Below are positions 1 through 8,887 of a stretch of 64,000 bases of DNA, one piece after another. The notes under the pieces were generated by a model. That model searched no databases. It was not told the origin of the DNA and saw nothing but the letters and a program-made list of their open reading frames with translations. The stretch comes from Minisyncoccota bacterium (lineage in GTDB: Bacteria > Patescibacteriota > Minisyncoccia > Phycocordibacterales > Zambryskibacteraceae). Within the stretch, counting starts at the first letter, position 1, and every line of letters starts with the position of its first letter. The stretch spans positions 8,226 through 72,225 of the forward strand of contig DATDVZ010000006.1 of assembly GCA_036517475.1 (NCBI GenBank). The letters run 5' to 3'. A program made the translations under genes and the position numbers.

Positions 1-202
1 TGCCCTTGTAACTTTTATTAACCAAACCCGCCTGCACTAGACTCTTTGTATGTTGTGAAATGGTCTTTATATTTGTTCTTAATATCTCAGAGATATCCTC
101 AACTGAAATATCTTCGTTCTTTTCAATTAAAAGTAAGATATCTATTCTTCTGTGATTAGCAATTCCTTTAAAATGTCTTTCGAGTTGTTTTGAGTTTTTC
201 AT
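1..202 (-). CDS. ArsR/SmtB-family HTH transcriptional regulator, N-terminal part; the gene runs off the window start
   Basis: Minus-strand ATG at 202 with AGGGA 7 nt upstream. Translation MKNSKQLERHFKGIANHRRIDILLLIEKNEDISVEDISEILRTNIKTISQHTKSLVQAGLV is a winged-HTH ArsR-like pattern. It is not in the ORF track because it is truncated. Confidence 0.45.
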   Translation of the reverse strand, partial: MKNSKQLERHFKGIANHRRIDILLLIEKNEDISVEDISEILRTNIKTISQHTKSLVQAGLVNKSYKG

Positions 203-218
203 TTTTCCCTGCATATAT

Positions 219-252
219 CACATTCTAACATTCTGCAGAATGTTAGAATGTG
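219..252. promoter_or_regulatory. 34-bp perfect palindrome cacattctaacattctg|cagaatgttagaatgtg (copy 1 of 2). Candidate operator for the adjacent ArsR-like gene, or a hairpin terminator of tktC
   Basis: Perfect 17+17 inverted repeat seen directly. It lies between the tktC stop (277) and the ArsR-like start (202). A near-identical copy is at 42794-42827. Confidence 0.5.
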
Positions 253-276
253 CTTATTGTGGATAATTGTGGATAA

Positions 277-1284
277 TTATTTGCGGGTCAGGACTTTTTT
301 GACCGCTTCTATTATCCCCTTTTCACCCATATTATAGTGTTCAATAAGTTCTTCAGGAGTTCCACTTTGTCCGAACTGATCGTGTACTCCAATAAATTCT
401 TGGGGAACTGGGAAATTTTGAGACAGAAATTCTGCGACCGCTGAACCCATTCCCCCATTCACTTGATGTTCTTCTACTGTCACCACGTTGGGTGCGCGTT
501 TGACTGCTTCTAAAATTGTTTCTTCATCAAGAGGTTTTATGGTTGAAAGATTTATTACAATTGACCCAATCCCTTCTCCGCCAGCTGGCGGATTCTCGAG
601 TTGTTGTGCAGCAAGCAGGGCTTTGTAAACAAGTGCTCCACTCGCAATAATAGTTACTTGAGGATTTCCGCCAGCTGGAGGATCCCAAAATATTTGGGCC
701 TTGCCAATTTCAAATGGAGTTTCGGTTGTTGTCATTACTGGAGTTTTTTCTCGAGCGAGGCGGATGTAAACAGGAGTGTTGGTTTTTGCCGCTGCTATTG
801 TAGCCTTTTTGGCTTCAATCGCATCACAGGGTGAAATTACAACCATACGCGGAATAACACGCATTATAGCTATATCTTCAATGGCTTGGTGTGTCCCTCC
901 ATCAGGCCCAACTGATATGCCAGCGTGAGAGCCGGCAATTTTTACTGGCCTGTCGTTGTAGCAAATTGTTGTTCTAATCTGCTCCCAGTTTCTTCCAGGA
1001 GAAAACATTGCATATGATGATATGAAAGGAATTTTACCCATTGCTGCCATGCCACTTGCAACTCCGGCAAGGTTCTGCTCCGCCACACCAATCTGTACAA
1101 AGCGCTCTGGAAACTTCTTTGCAAAAAAATGCATTTGGGTGGACTCCGTGAGATCAGCGCAGAGTCCCACAACATTCTTATCTGCTTCCGCAGCAGCCAA
1201 AAGTCCTTCTCCAAAACCTTTTCTGATAGGAATTTGTTCGACATCTTTGTCAAAAACCTTTTGATTTAAGCTAAAATTTAACAT
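277..1284 (-). CDS. tkt: Transketolase, C-terminal (pyrimidine-binding) subunit of a split enzyme
   Basis: 335 aa. Motifs typical of the transketolase C-terminal half (FQRFPERF-like FAKKFPERF, GIAEQ-like VAEQN, GPDGGTHQ). The N-terminal half is a separate ORF at 2875-3792. Confidence 0.85.
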   Translation of the reverse strand: MLNFSLNQKVFDKDVEQIPIRKGFGEGLLAAAEADKNVVGLCADLTESTQMHFFAKKFPERFVQIGVAEQNLAGVASGMAAMGKIPFISSYAMFSPGRNWEQIRTTICYNDRPVKIAGSHAGISVGPDGGTHQAIEDIAIMRVIPRMVVISPCDAIEAKKATIAAAKTNTPVYIRLAREKTPVMTTTETPFEIGKAQIFWDPPAGGNPQVTIIASGALVYKALLAAQQLENPPAGGEGIGSIVINLSTIKPLDEETILEAVKRAPNVVTVEEHQVNGGMGSAVAEFLSQNFPVPQEFIGVHDQFGQSGTPEELIEHYNMGEKGIIEAVKKVLTRK

Positions 1285-1292
1285 ACTAGATT

Positions 1293-2177
1293 TTATGTTA
1301 TTTGGTTTAAAGTTATTTCTACTCTTTTTAACGTTTCAATATATTTAGACAGTGGATCAATTAGCTGATCTAAATCAATTTCATTGCTCGTAAGAGTGTA
1401 TAACAAGAATTCAACTTTTTTCTTCAATCCAGTAACTAGATGCTTAAGAAAGTTTGCTGCCCTTGGATTATTTCTCACCAACTGAACAATCTCTTCAAGA
1501 GCTGAGAGACGCTGATCCCATCTTTTGTAGAAATCATTGCTTTCATATGAAAGATACTGACCACTCTCTGTATCTTCATTGTTATTATTAACATAATCCA
1601 AAATATAATTGTTTTGAGCTATCAAGTACTCTCTTACATATCCACCCTGAAGAGGTTCCATCAACAAAGAACCACTTAGAGATCCACCTGTGAGCCTTGT
1701 GAAATGCTCATTGAGGTCCTTAAGGTTACCTAACAAATTAATAACATGATTACTTTGTAAATCCACCGAATCCACTTGAAGCGGCTCCACGAGATTGAAT
1801 CCTAGACACCAATGCAACCTTTCTTTATCTGCTTTCTTAATTTTTTTGGGATCAAGTAATGCCAAATAAGATAGAAATGCATGAGGGTTTTCAAGTCGGA
1901 ATACAATTCGAGGTACATACCCTTTACCACCAAAAGTGGGTGTAGTAGCAATTTCTACGGCAAGTCCAATCCTCTCAAGATCGTTTGTGTATTTAGCCAC
2001 AAGTTCGTGGGCTTCAAGTGTTTCCTGAGATTCGATAATAACTTTTTCTGTATCGTCTGAAATCACTGGTGTTACTTGCGTAGCAACATGCAACTTAACG
2101 TAATTATCATTAAATTCTTTGATCATATCAAAAAAAACTGCGGGAGGAATGGTTTCTTTGAGAGTTTCTATTGACAT
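1293..2177 (-). CDS. Hypothetical protein (294 aa), first of three genes inserted between the two transketolase halves
   Basis: Long ORF with no recognisable motif. Co-directional and tightly packed with its neighbours. Confidence 0.5.
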   Translation of the reverse strand: MSIETLKETIPPAVFFDMIKEFNDNYVKLHVATQVTPVISDDTEKVIIESQETLEAHELVAKYTNDLERIGLAVEIATTPTFGGKGYVPRIVFRLENPHAFLSYLALLDPKKIKKADKERLHWCLGFNLVEPLQVDSVDLQSNHVINLLGNLKDLNEHFTRLTGGSLSGSLLMEPLQGGYVREYLIAQNNYILDYVNNNNEDTESGQYLSYESNDFYKRWDQRLSALEEIVQLVRNNPRAANFLKHLVTGLKKKVEFLLYTLTSNEIDLDQLIDPLSKYIETLKRVEITLNQIT

Positions 2178-2188
2178 ATTTATTGATT

Positions 2189-2542
2189 TTAACTTCTTAC
2201 CTTATTTTGAACCAAATAAGCAAAGCCCATGAAATATTCTTCCAAAGCAGATAATGAATCATTGTATTCCCTCCCACCAAGAATAGTGTCACAAAATACT
2301 TCCTTAGCTAACCCAATCTCGTGAAGACGGCTTCCCAATTTTGAATTTGAAAGCGTAAAATCAAAAAGCTCCAGTGCTCGCTCTACGGCGCTCCAAAAAT
2401 TTTGTTCATCTTTACCCTGCCACTTTGCCGCTCTGCCAACTTCAGAACCAATATTCGCCATTTGTTCAGGAACTGAAAACTTACCCCATCTCTTTTTTAA
2501 AATTTCTGAATGGTTCATATTATTTAATAATAAGTCTATCAA
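2189..2542 (-). CDS. Hypothetical small protein (117 aa)
   Basis: ORF overlaps the next gene by 23 nt. All-alpha-like composition, no secure motif. Confidence 0.4.
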   Translation of the reverse strand: MIDLLLNNMNHSEILKKRWGKFSVPEQMANIGSEVGRAAKWQGKDEQNFWSAVERALELFDFTLSNSKLGSRLHEIGLAKEVFCDTILGGREYNDSLSALEEYFMGFAYLVQNKVRS

Positions 2543-2873
2543 CTATTTTTCTGATTTTTTCTTGAACTTTTGAATCTTCAACATTTCTCGAGCGGTTGCC
2601 GGAGGCTGGTTTAAGGTTAATCATTGAGTCAAACTCAATGAATTCCTCTCCTAATCTATTTAAATAAAGATTAATCCCCCAAGTATTTTGCCCGCTAGAA
2701 TTTTCGACTTCCGATAGGAGAGTCTGCATATCTACATGGAATTCTCCGCCAACAGCCATTAAATTTTTCTCCACATCAGCTACTGCTTTGATCATATTAC
2801 CGAACTGTTTTGCGGCAATTTCTTTAAGTTCGGCTATTGTTATCGGTTCTTTAAGAATTTTGATTTCTTGCAT
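2520..2873 (-). CDS. Hypothetical small protein (117 aa)
   Basis: ORF overlaps the 2189-2542 gene, giving a compact two-gene module between the tkt halves. Confidence 0.4.
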   Translation of the reverse strand: MQEIKILKEPITIAELKEIAAKQFGNMIKAVADVEKNLMAVGGEFHVDMQTLLSEVENSSGQNTWGINLYLNRLGEEFIEFDSMINLKPASGNRSRNVEDSKVQEKIRKIVDRLIIK

Positions 2874-2874
2874 G

Positions 2875-3792
2875 TTATTGATGTTCGCTTTGGATCTTTC
2901 CTCCTAGAGTTCGCAATTCATTAAGCGCGATCTTACCCTGCTCGGCTTTCGCCGGCTCGCCCTCAATATCTTGAATTCCCGGCGGAGTGCCATGCCATTT
3001 AAAGTCGCGCTCCATGTAAGAAACTCCTTTTCCCGGAATGGTGTGAGCAATAATTACACTTGGGTTTTCAAAAACAGCTTTTGCTTCATTAATTCCTCGG
3101 TGAATATCTTCAAAATTATGGCCGTCAATTTCTACAACATGCCAGTTTCTTGCACGCCATTTCTCTGCTAATGGTTCCAATGGCAACACATCCTCAGTAA
3201 AACCATCAATCTGGATATTGTTGCGGTCAATTATTCCAATTAAGTTTCGCAGATTAAGTTTCCCTGCTAAAAGTGCTGCCTCATATGTATTACCCGCTTC
3301 TTGTTCGGCATCACTCATAAGGCAATAAATTGTGCGGCTAGTATCAATACCATTATCCATTACATCAGCTATTGCCATGCCAACAGCCTGCGAAAGACCG
3401 GCACCAAGCGGTCCCGAGCTCGTCTCGAGCGAGGGAAGAAAATCTCGATGGGGATGACCTTGTAAGCGAGTGCCGAATTTGCGCAAAGTTTTTAACTCAT
3501 CAACCGGAAAATATCCAGCGTGTGCCATAGTGGAATAAAGCACAGGGCAGATGTGACCGTTGGAAAGTACTAGCCGATCACGCTCTGGCCAATCAGGATT
3601 TTCAGGGTCATGTTTAAGAGCTTCAAAATATAGATATGTAAAAATATCAGCCATTCCCAGAGGTCCGGCAGAATGGCCAGATTTTGCCTCAAGGAGCATT
3701 TCAATAATACTAACTCTTATATCATTTGCTTTTAGTTCTAGCTCTTTTATGCGAGTGTCGGAGAGTGAATCCATATATAAATAATATACCAA
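2875..3792 (-). CDS. tkt: Transketolase, N-terminal (thiamine-diphosphate-binding) subunit
   Basis: GHSAGPLGMADIF (GH..G) and GHPHRD-containing TPP-binding motifs. 305 aa, typical of split transketolases. The true start may be the internal MDSLSD. Confidence 0.85.
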   Translation of the reverse strand: MVYYLYMDSLSDTRIKELELKANDIRVSIIEMLLEAKSGHSAGPLGMADIFTYLYFEALKHDPENPDWPERDRLVLSNGHICPVLYSTMAHAGYFPVDELKTLRKFGTRLQGHPHRDFLPSLETSSGPLGAGLSQAVGMAIADVMDNGIDTSRTIYCLMSDAEQEAGNTYEAALLAGKLNLRNLIGIIDRNNIQIDGFTEDVLPLEPLAEKWRARNWHVVEIDGHNFEDIHRGINEAKAVFENPSVIIAHTIPGKGVSYMERDFKWHGTPPGIQDIEGEPAKAEQGKIALNELRTLGGKIQSEHQ

Positions 3793-3824
3793 TCTACGAA
3801 TATAGGAATGAATACGAATAAGTA

Positions 3825-4574
3825 TTAAATTACTAACTCCTTAAACTCAGAAATAGTTTTGCGGATATTTTCACTCTGGAATATTGCTCCACCGATTATG
3901 AGGCGATTTGCACCAGCATCAATCACAGATTTTGCGTTTCCCAAATTTATGCCACCGTCAACGGAAATTATTAGATCATGAAACATAGAATGTAGAGCAT
4001 TTATTTTATCCAAAACCTCCAGTTCAAATGGGATACCTATTCCCTGAAAACCAATTTTGGAAATTGACATTAGCTGAATAAAATTTATATGAGTAATTAG
4101 AGGTTCTAAAACTTTAGTGTCAGTTTCCAAATTCAGTGCAATTCCCAACTCAATATTTATGTAACCAACGGCATATTTTTCTTTAAAATTTTTACAAAAA
4201 TTCAAAACTTTTTCTGGCCCATCAAAAGATTCGTAGTGAACAAGAACTCTTTTAGCGCCAGCAGAAATCCATTTTTGAATTTCCGCTTCTGGATTTTCAA
4301 CCATTAAATGGGTTTCAAACTCCAAATCCTGCCAAAACGGGAAACCTTCTTCCTCTTTTATAATTTTTATAAAATCCGGATCTAAATTCGTAACTTGGAC
4401 ATTCGATGTCCAAGTGGACATCGGATGTCCCTTAAATGGCCAGGTCAAATTCTTTGTAAACTTACCATCAGAAATATCAATTTGAACAAGAGGCGCTAAA
4501 CCAGAAACAAGTGAAAGCTTCTCTTTTAGATCAGAAAAACTTTTTGGAATTATTGCTGGAATAATTTCAACCAC
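3825..4574 (-). CDS. rpe: Ribulose-phosphate 3-epimerase
   Basis: HLMVENP and DGGIN motifs of the RPE TIM barrel. 249 aa with an insertion. Confidence 0.7.
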   Translation of the reverse strand: MVEIIPAIIPKSFSDLKEKLSLVSGLAPLVQIDISDGKFTKNLTWPFKGHPMSTWTSNVQVTNLDPDFIKIIKEEEGFPFWQDLEFETHLMVENPEAEIQKWISAGAKRVLVHYESFDGPEKVLNFCKNFKEKYAVGYINIELGIALNLETDTKVLEPLITHINFIQLMSISKIGFQGIGIPFELEVLDKINALHSMFHDLIISVDGGINLGNAKSVIDAGANRLIIGGAIFQSENIRKTISEFKELVI

Positions 4575-4974
4575 GAGATTTTGAAAATAATTTTGAACTT
4601 ATATATAAGAAAAGGAGTGCTAACAAAAAGTAAAAACGGGGAATAAAGGGAGAAGATCCGGTTTCGCCTGAATGCCAGCCTGCCAGAGCAGCTAACAATA
4701 AAAAAACACCAGAAAAAATTAAAATAACAATTGCAAGGAGTATATTAACTGGCTTCCATTTTTTTTTAATGCCTATAGAAAGATTATTGTTGCTCTGCTC
4801 GGCATTCATAACCTTTTTTACCTGGTAATTAAGAAAATATGATACCAAACCACCAACTATAGAAACATGTAGAAATAAAATATTTAGACCGAAAATTATA
4901 TACGAGACAAAAATAATAACACTAATAACGTTAATAAATTTTGCAATATTTTTTTTACTCATGCGCTCGTTCAA
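4567..4974 (-). CDS. Hypothetical integral membrane protein
   Basis: 135 aa with several hydrophobic helices. Confidence 0.4.
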   Translation of the reverse strand: MNERMSKKNIAKFINVISVIIFVSYIIFGLNILFLHVSIVGGLVSYFLNYQVKKVMNAEQSNNNLSIGIKKKWKPVNILLAIVILIFSGVFLLLAALAGWHSGETGSSPFIPRFYFLLALLFLYISSKLFSKSRG

Positions 4975-5425
4975 TTTTATTTATTCTTCTTTTATGCCGC
5001 TCGACTTCTGAAAAAGGGGTATCGAGCCACTGTCTAACTGCTTCTACTGCTTGATCGTTGCTAACAAAACGAGAACCAATTGCTAGAACATTTGCGTCAT
5101 TATGTTCTCGGCTAAGTTCAAGATTGGTAACGTTGCTGGAAAGAGACTGGGCATCAGCGTAATATAGCGCCGCCCTTACATGAGTAAAGCGATTTGCACA
5201 CATTGCCTCTCCTTGACCTGAACCACCGAGTATTATTCCTTTGACATTTTGAGGATTGCGGGAAACTTCTCTTGCAACCGGTATTACAAAATCCGGAAAG
5301 TCATCCCCTTCGTCATAATCAAATGCTCCCTTGTCCTCGACTTCATATCCACCCTCCTTTAGAAACTCAATGATTTGAGCTTTCTGAGATAAACCAGCGT
5401 GGTCTGACCCGATAAAAATCTTCAT
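4955..5425 (-). CDS. rpiB: Ribose-5-phosphate isomerase B
   Basis: N-terminal IGSDHAG motif and the conserved RpiB/LacAB fold pattern. 156 aa. Confidence 0.8.
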   Translation of the reverse strand: MKIFIGSDHAGLSQKAQIIEFLKEGGYEVEDKGAFDYDEGDDFPDFVIPVAREVSRNPQNVKGIILGGSGQGEAMCANRFTHVRAALYYADAQSLSSNVTNLELSREHNDANVLAIGSRFVSNDQAVEAVRQWLDTPFSEVERHKRRINKIERAHE

Positions 5426-5434
5426 TGTCTTATT

Positions 5435-6490
5435 TTACACCTGTCCTGTTTTTATAACATGTTCTACTAGCGTATAAGTGTACCCCATTTCATTATCATA
5501 CCAGGCGCAGACTTTGACGAGATTGCCACCGACTACACGCGTTAGGTTAAGATCAGCAATTGATCCGAACTTGCTTCCAATAATGTCAGAGGAAACTAGT
5601 TCTTCTTCTGTAACAGAAAATACATTCTGCCAACGCGGATCTTCTGCGGCATTTTTTAAAAATTGATTTATTTCTTCTACAGACGTATCACGTTTGGCAA
5701 TAAAAGTAATATCAACTAAGGAACCAGCTATCACTGGAACACGCATTGCTACACCATCAAATAAACCATTTAATTTTGTAAAAGCTTTAGTAACAGCAAT
5801 TGCGGCACCTGTGGAGGTCGGCACAATATTATGTCCTCCGGCTCTGCCTTCTCTAATATTGTGCTTGTTCGGGCTATCAACTGTCGGCTGGCTATTTGTG
5901 AGAGCATGAGCTGTGTTTAAGAGAGCTTTTTCAATCCCGATTGCCTCGTCAAGTATTGCAATAAGTGGGCTTGCTGCATTGGTGGTGCAAGAGGCATTGG
6001 AAGAAATATTACAAGTTGAAAGTTCACTCTCGTTTACTCCCATCAAAACTGTTGCTCCTGGAATTTCTGGAGATGGGTCATCCTTCATTGGCGCTGTAAC
6101 GACTACTTTTTTGGCCCCGGCATCTAAATGAGCTTTTGCAGTTTCATATGTTATAAAAAAACCAGTTGACTCCACCACTACATCAATATTCAAATCTTTC
6201 CACGGTAGGTTAGCAGGATCCTTTTCACTCAAATAGAGAATTTCCTTCTTTGCCTCGCCGGAGCTTTGCGAAGGCGGGTCCGTAATAATAATTTTTTTCT
6301 TATCATCACTAACTCTTACCTCAAATGGGGCGGTGCCGTACACAGTGTCGTGTTTAATTAAATATGCAATATTATCTGCATCCCCCAAATCATTCATCGC
6401 AACAAGTTCAATTTCACTGCGATCCTTTGCAATTTTTATAAAAGATCTTCCGATACGACCAGCACCATTTACAGCTACTCTGATTGCCAT
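5435..6490 (-). CDS. gap: Glyceraldehyde-3-phosphate dehydrogenase
   Basis: AVNGAGRIGR NAD-binding motif and the active-site SNASCTTN motif. 351 aa. Confidence 0.9.
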   Translation of the reverse strand: MAIRVAVNGAGRIGRSFIKIAKDRSEIELVAMNDLGDADNIAYLIKHDTVYGTAPFEVRVSDDKKKIIITDPPSQSSGEAKKEILYLSEKDPANLPWKDLNIDVVVESTGFFITYETAKAHLDAGAKKVVVTAPMKDDPSPEIPGATVLMGVNESELSTCNISSNASCTTNAASPLIAILDEAIGIEKALLNTAHALTNSQPTVDSPNKHNIREGRAGGHNIVPTSTGAAIAVTKAFTKLNGLFDGVAMRVPVIAGSLVDITFIAKRDTSVEEINQFLKNAAEDPRWQNVFSVTEEELVSSDIIGSKFGSIADLNLTRVVGGNLVKVCAWYDNEMGYTYTLVEHVIKTGQV

Positions 6491-6542
6491 ACTATTTAAA
6501 AGTAAAATTTGTAATGAATATATTATAACAAAAAAACCGCCC

Positions 6543-6740
6543 TCAACTATTAGGAGGACGGTTCTGACATGATGGACATGGAATCAATTTCCATTTTCTT
6601 TCCAGTAATGCCTTGCAACCAACTTTCCGATTCGGCGGGTAATCGCTATAACTGCGACAACATCCTTTAGTACATAAAACCTCAACCACTTTCCTTATTT
6701 CCCTTTTGCCATTACATTCAGAACATACTCTTTCTGACAT
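6543..6740 (-). CDS. Small Cys-rich protein (65 aa), putative zinc-ribbon
   Basis: CSECNG...CxxGCC...CPSC cysteine pattern. It is the third gene of a run of Cys-rich small genes. Confidence 0.4.
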   Translation of the reverse strand: MSERVCSECNGKREIRKVVEVLCTKGCCRSYSDYPPNRKVGCKALLERKWKLIPCPSCQNRPPNS

Positions 6741-6892
6741 AACTTAATTCTCCTTTTCTAAGGCGGGATGAAAGAGTAATATCTTTTTATAATATATCAT
6801 AACTAATAAAAAAGTCAATATATGCAATAAACTCTTTCATTTAGACATTATTAGTAATTTAAGATGTTTCTATCAAGTAAAAAAATACTATT

Positions 6893-6917
6893 AGTAAAAA
6901 ACGAGCTTTCGCTCGTT
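6893..6917 (-). terminator. Intrinsic terminator after the Cys-rich gene 6918-7274
   Basis: On the minus strand, stem aacgagc/gctcgtt with loop gaaa, followed by UUUUUU. Seen directly. Confidence 0.55.
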
Positions 6918-7274
6918 TTAAGTCCTCGGCTCCATATTACCGCAACTCTCACATTTCCAGATATTTTCATGAGAGATCATAACTCCAGCAGGCTTAGTTG
7001 GATGCTGAAATCCTTTGATCGACTTCCCCATTGTCTCGCCACACTTCGGGCATTTCTTTGTTTCTTCTGGTGTTACTACTTGCTCGGGGGAAATTACCCC
7101 AGGATCGTAGAGCAGGCCGCATTTTTCGCATGCATGCAGTGATAAAAAAGCTCCTTGTGGTATCGGAAGTACTGAAAAAATTGCTATTTCAACAATTCTA
7201 ATCCTACCCCCACACAAACAGGTTTCTTTCATACATCTCTCCTTGTAAAATCTAGTTTTGATACTACTGACCAA
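6918..7274 (-). CDS. Cys-rich double zinc-ribbon protein (118 aa; the true start may be the internal MKETC)
   Basis: Two CxxCG...CxxCG units. The C-terminal unit is KCPKCGETMGKSIKGF...NIWKCESCG, homologous to the 7387-7623 product. Confidence 0.45.
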   Translation of the reverse strand: MVSSIKTRFYKERCMKETCLCGGRIRIVEIAIFSVLPIPQGAFLSLHACEKCGLLYDPGVISPEQVVTPEETKKCPKCGETMGKSIKGFQHPTKPAGVMISHENIWKCESCGNMEPRT

Positions 7275-7342
7275 TTTTGTATTGTCAACAATAAAACTAA
7301 AACATTACTTGGCGACCGGATCACCAAGTTGTTGGCTTTATA

Positions 7343-7365
7343 CAAAAAAACGAGCTAGTGCTCGC
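7343..7365 (-). terminator. Intrinsic terminator after the Cys-rich gene 7387-7623
   Basis: Stem cgagc/gctcg preceded on the plus strand by AAAAAAA (U-tract on the minus strand). Paralogous to the 6893-6917 terminator (aaaacgagcNNNNgctcg). Confidence 0.5.
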
Positions 7366-7386
7366 TTTATCTTTCCTCACCTGATG

Positions 7387-7623
7387 TCAACTTGTAAGTG
7401 CATCAAGCTCGTTTTTGGTAAAACACTTGCCACACCCTTCGCATTGACGCTTCCAAGCTATGTTGTCCGGCCGCCTCATCATGAAGCCAAACATTCCCCT
7501 CATGGGAGGCTCAGTGGATGGAGTCCGTTCGATGAATTTGCTAACCTGGCCACCACAAACATTACATTTTTTGCCTGTAGGGCTGGGAACTTCTGCAAGC
7601 CGTGAGAGTACCTCGAATAGCAT
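7387..7623 (-). CDS. Cys-rich zinc-ribbon protein (78 aa), paralog of the 6918-7274 C-terminal unit
   Basis: KCNVCGGQVSKFIE...NIAWKRQCEGCGKCF, the same CxxCG...W+CxxCG spacing as its neighbour. Confidence 0.45.
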   Translation of the reverse strand: MLFEVLSRLAEVPSPTGKKCNVCGGQVSKFIERTPSTEPPMRGMFGFMMRRPDNIAWKRQCEGCGKCFTKNELDALTS

Positions 7624-7683
7624 AAGAAATCCTTTATTTGGGTCCTAACCAATAACATCATATCTTATTAGAAAATGCAATCT

Positions 7684-7721
7684 CCAAAAACATAATGGCC
7701 GCGCCCTTCGGGACACGGCCA
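7684..7721 (-). terminator. Intrinsic terminator downstream of nrdB
   Basis: Minus-strand GC-rich hairpin GGCCGUGUCCC-GAA-GGGCGCGGCC followed by AUUAUGUUUUUGG. Confidence 0.55.
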
Positions 7722-7774
7722 TTTCGCGGACGCTGATCCTCATTCACTATTCGGTATTCCTTATTCCCTATTCG

Positions 7775-8791
7775 TTATTCTTTCTTTTCTTCCTTCTCTT
7801 CTTTTTTTTGTTCAGAAGCGCGTACATCCACTTCATAACTCGTATTTTGCGCTTCAAAGAAGTTTACCAGCTCAAATACATCAGTAGCGGCAGACATCCA
7901 TTTTGCAGGGTTTGTCGCCCCATAATGTTTAGAGAGGCCTAATTCCTCAAGCCGTCTGTCAGCAACGTATTGGACATATTGATTTACATACTCGCTGTTA
8001 AGACCAAGGATCCCATTTGGGAAAAGATCTTTATTGTAAGCAACTTCCAAGTCCACCCCCTCAGTTACAATATCTCTTATTTCTTTGGCAAAATCCTCAG
8101 TCACCAACTCTGAACTTTCTTCAAGAATATTATGAATTAAATTCATGCCAAACTTTAAATGCAGTGATTCATCGCGCAGGACCCAGTTAATCATTGAGCC
8201 GAAATTACGCAAAACATTTCTCTGCCTGAAAGAAAGAGCGACCATGAAACCGGAATAAAACCAGATACCCTCCATGACAATGTTGGTTGCCACTAAATTG
8301 CGGATAAAATCTCTTTTACCTTCCGGAGTTTCAACATCAAGAGTAACTTCAGTCATTCTTTTCATGTAGCGGTTAATGTAGTTTTCTTTAGCAAGCATAC
8401 TTGGCACATCAAGGTGAAGGTTGAAAATTTTATCTCTGTCAAAAAAAGGAAATGTTTCAAGTACGTATTCAAATGCCACGCAATGATTGGCTTCCTCCCA
8501 CATCTGCTTTGCAAGATATAAATGGCACTCCGGAGATTTTAAATATGGATAAATGCCAAGAGAAATTGAGCGGTTAACGATAAGCTCTGCAGGATTGAAA
8601 AATGCCATTAGGAATTTTACAGCATGGCGTTCATCATCAGTCATCTTCTCCCAGTCACCAATATCTTCTTTCAGAGCAATTTCATGAGGAAACCAAGTAT
8701 TGCGGACGGCCTGATTATATAAATCATAGGCCCACTGATATTTAATAGGGTGTAGAGATGTATCTTCGGGAGATGCTTTGCCGATGAGCAT
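7775..8791 (-). CDS. nrdB: Ribonucleotide reductase class I beta (R2) subunit
   Basis: Diiron/tyrosyl-radical R2 signature (EEANH, FFNPAELIVN context). 338 aa with a Glu/Lys-rich tail. Adjacent to nrdA. Confidence 0.85.
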   Translation of the reverse strand: MLIGKASPEDTSLHPIKYQWAYDLYNQAVRNTWFPHEIALKEDIGDWEKMTDDERHAVKFLMAFFNPAELIVNRSISLGIYPYLKSPECHLYLAKQMWEEANHCVAFEYVLETFPFFDRDKIFNLHLDVPSMLAKENYINRYMKRMTEVTLDVETPEGKRDFIRNLVATNIVMEGIWFYSGFMVALSFRQRNVLRNFGSMINWVLRDESLHLKFGMNLIHNILEESSELVTEDFAKEIRDIVTEGVDLEVAYNKDLFPNGILGLNSEYVNQYVQYVADRRLEELGLSKHYGATNPAKWMSAATDVFELVNFFEAQNTSYEVDVRASEQKKEEKEEKKE

Positions 8792-8848
8792 AATTAGAAA
8801 GAATTAAGAATAATGAATGATACGAATAATAAAACGTACTATAACACT

Positions 8849-8887
8849 AAAAACTAAAACTAAAAATAAAAATAAAAATAAAAATTA
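8849..8887. repeat. A-rich simple tandem repeat (AAAAAT/AAAACT)n in the nrdA-nrdB intergenic region
   Basis: ctaaaaactaaaactaaaaataaaaataaaaataaaaatt, seen directly. Confidence 0.7.
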
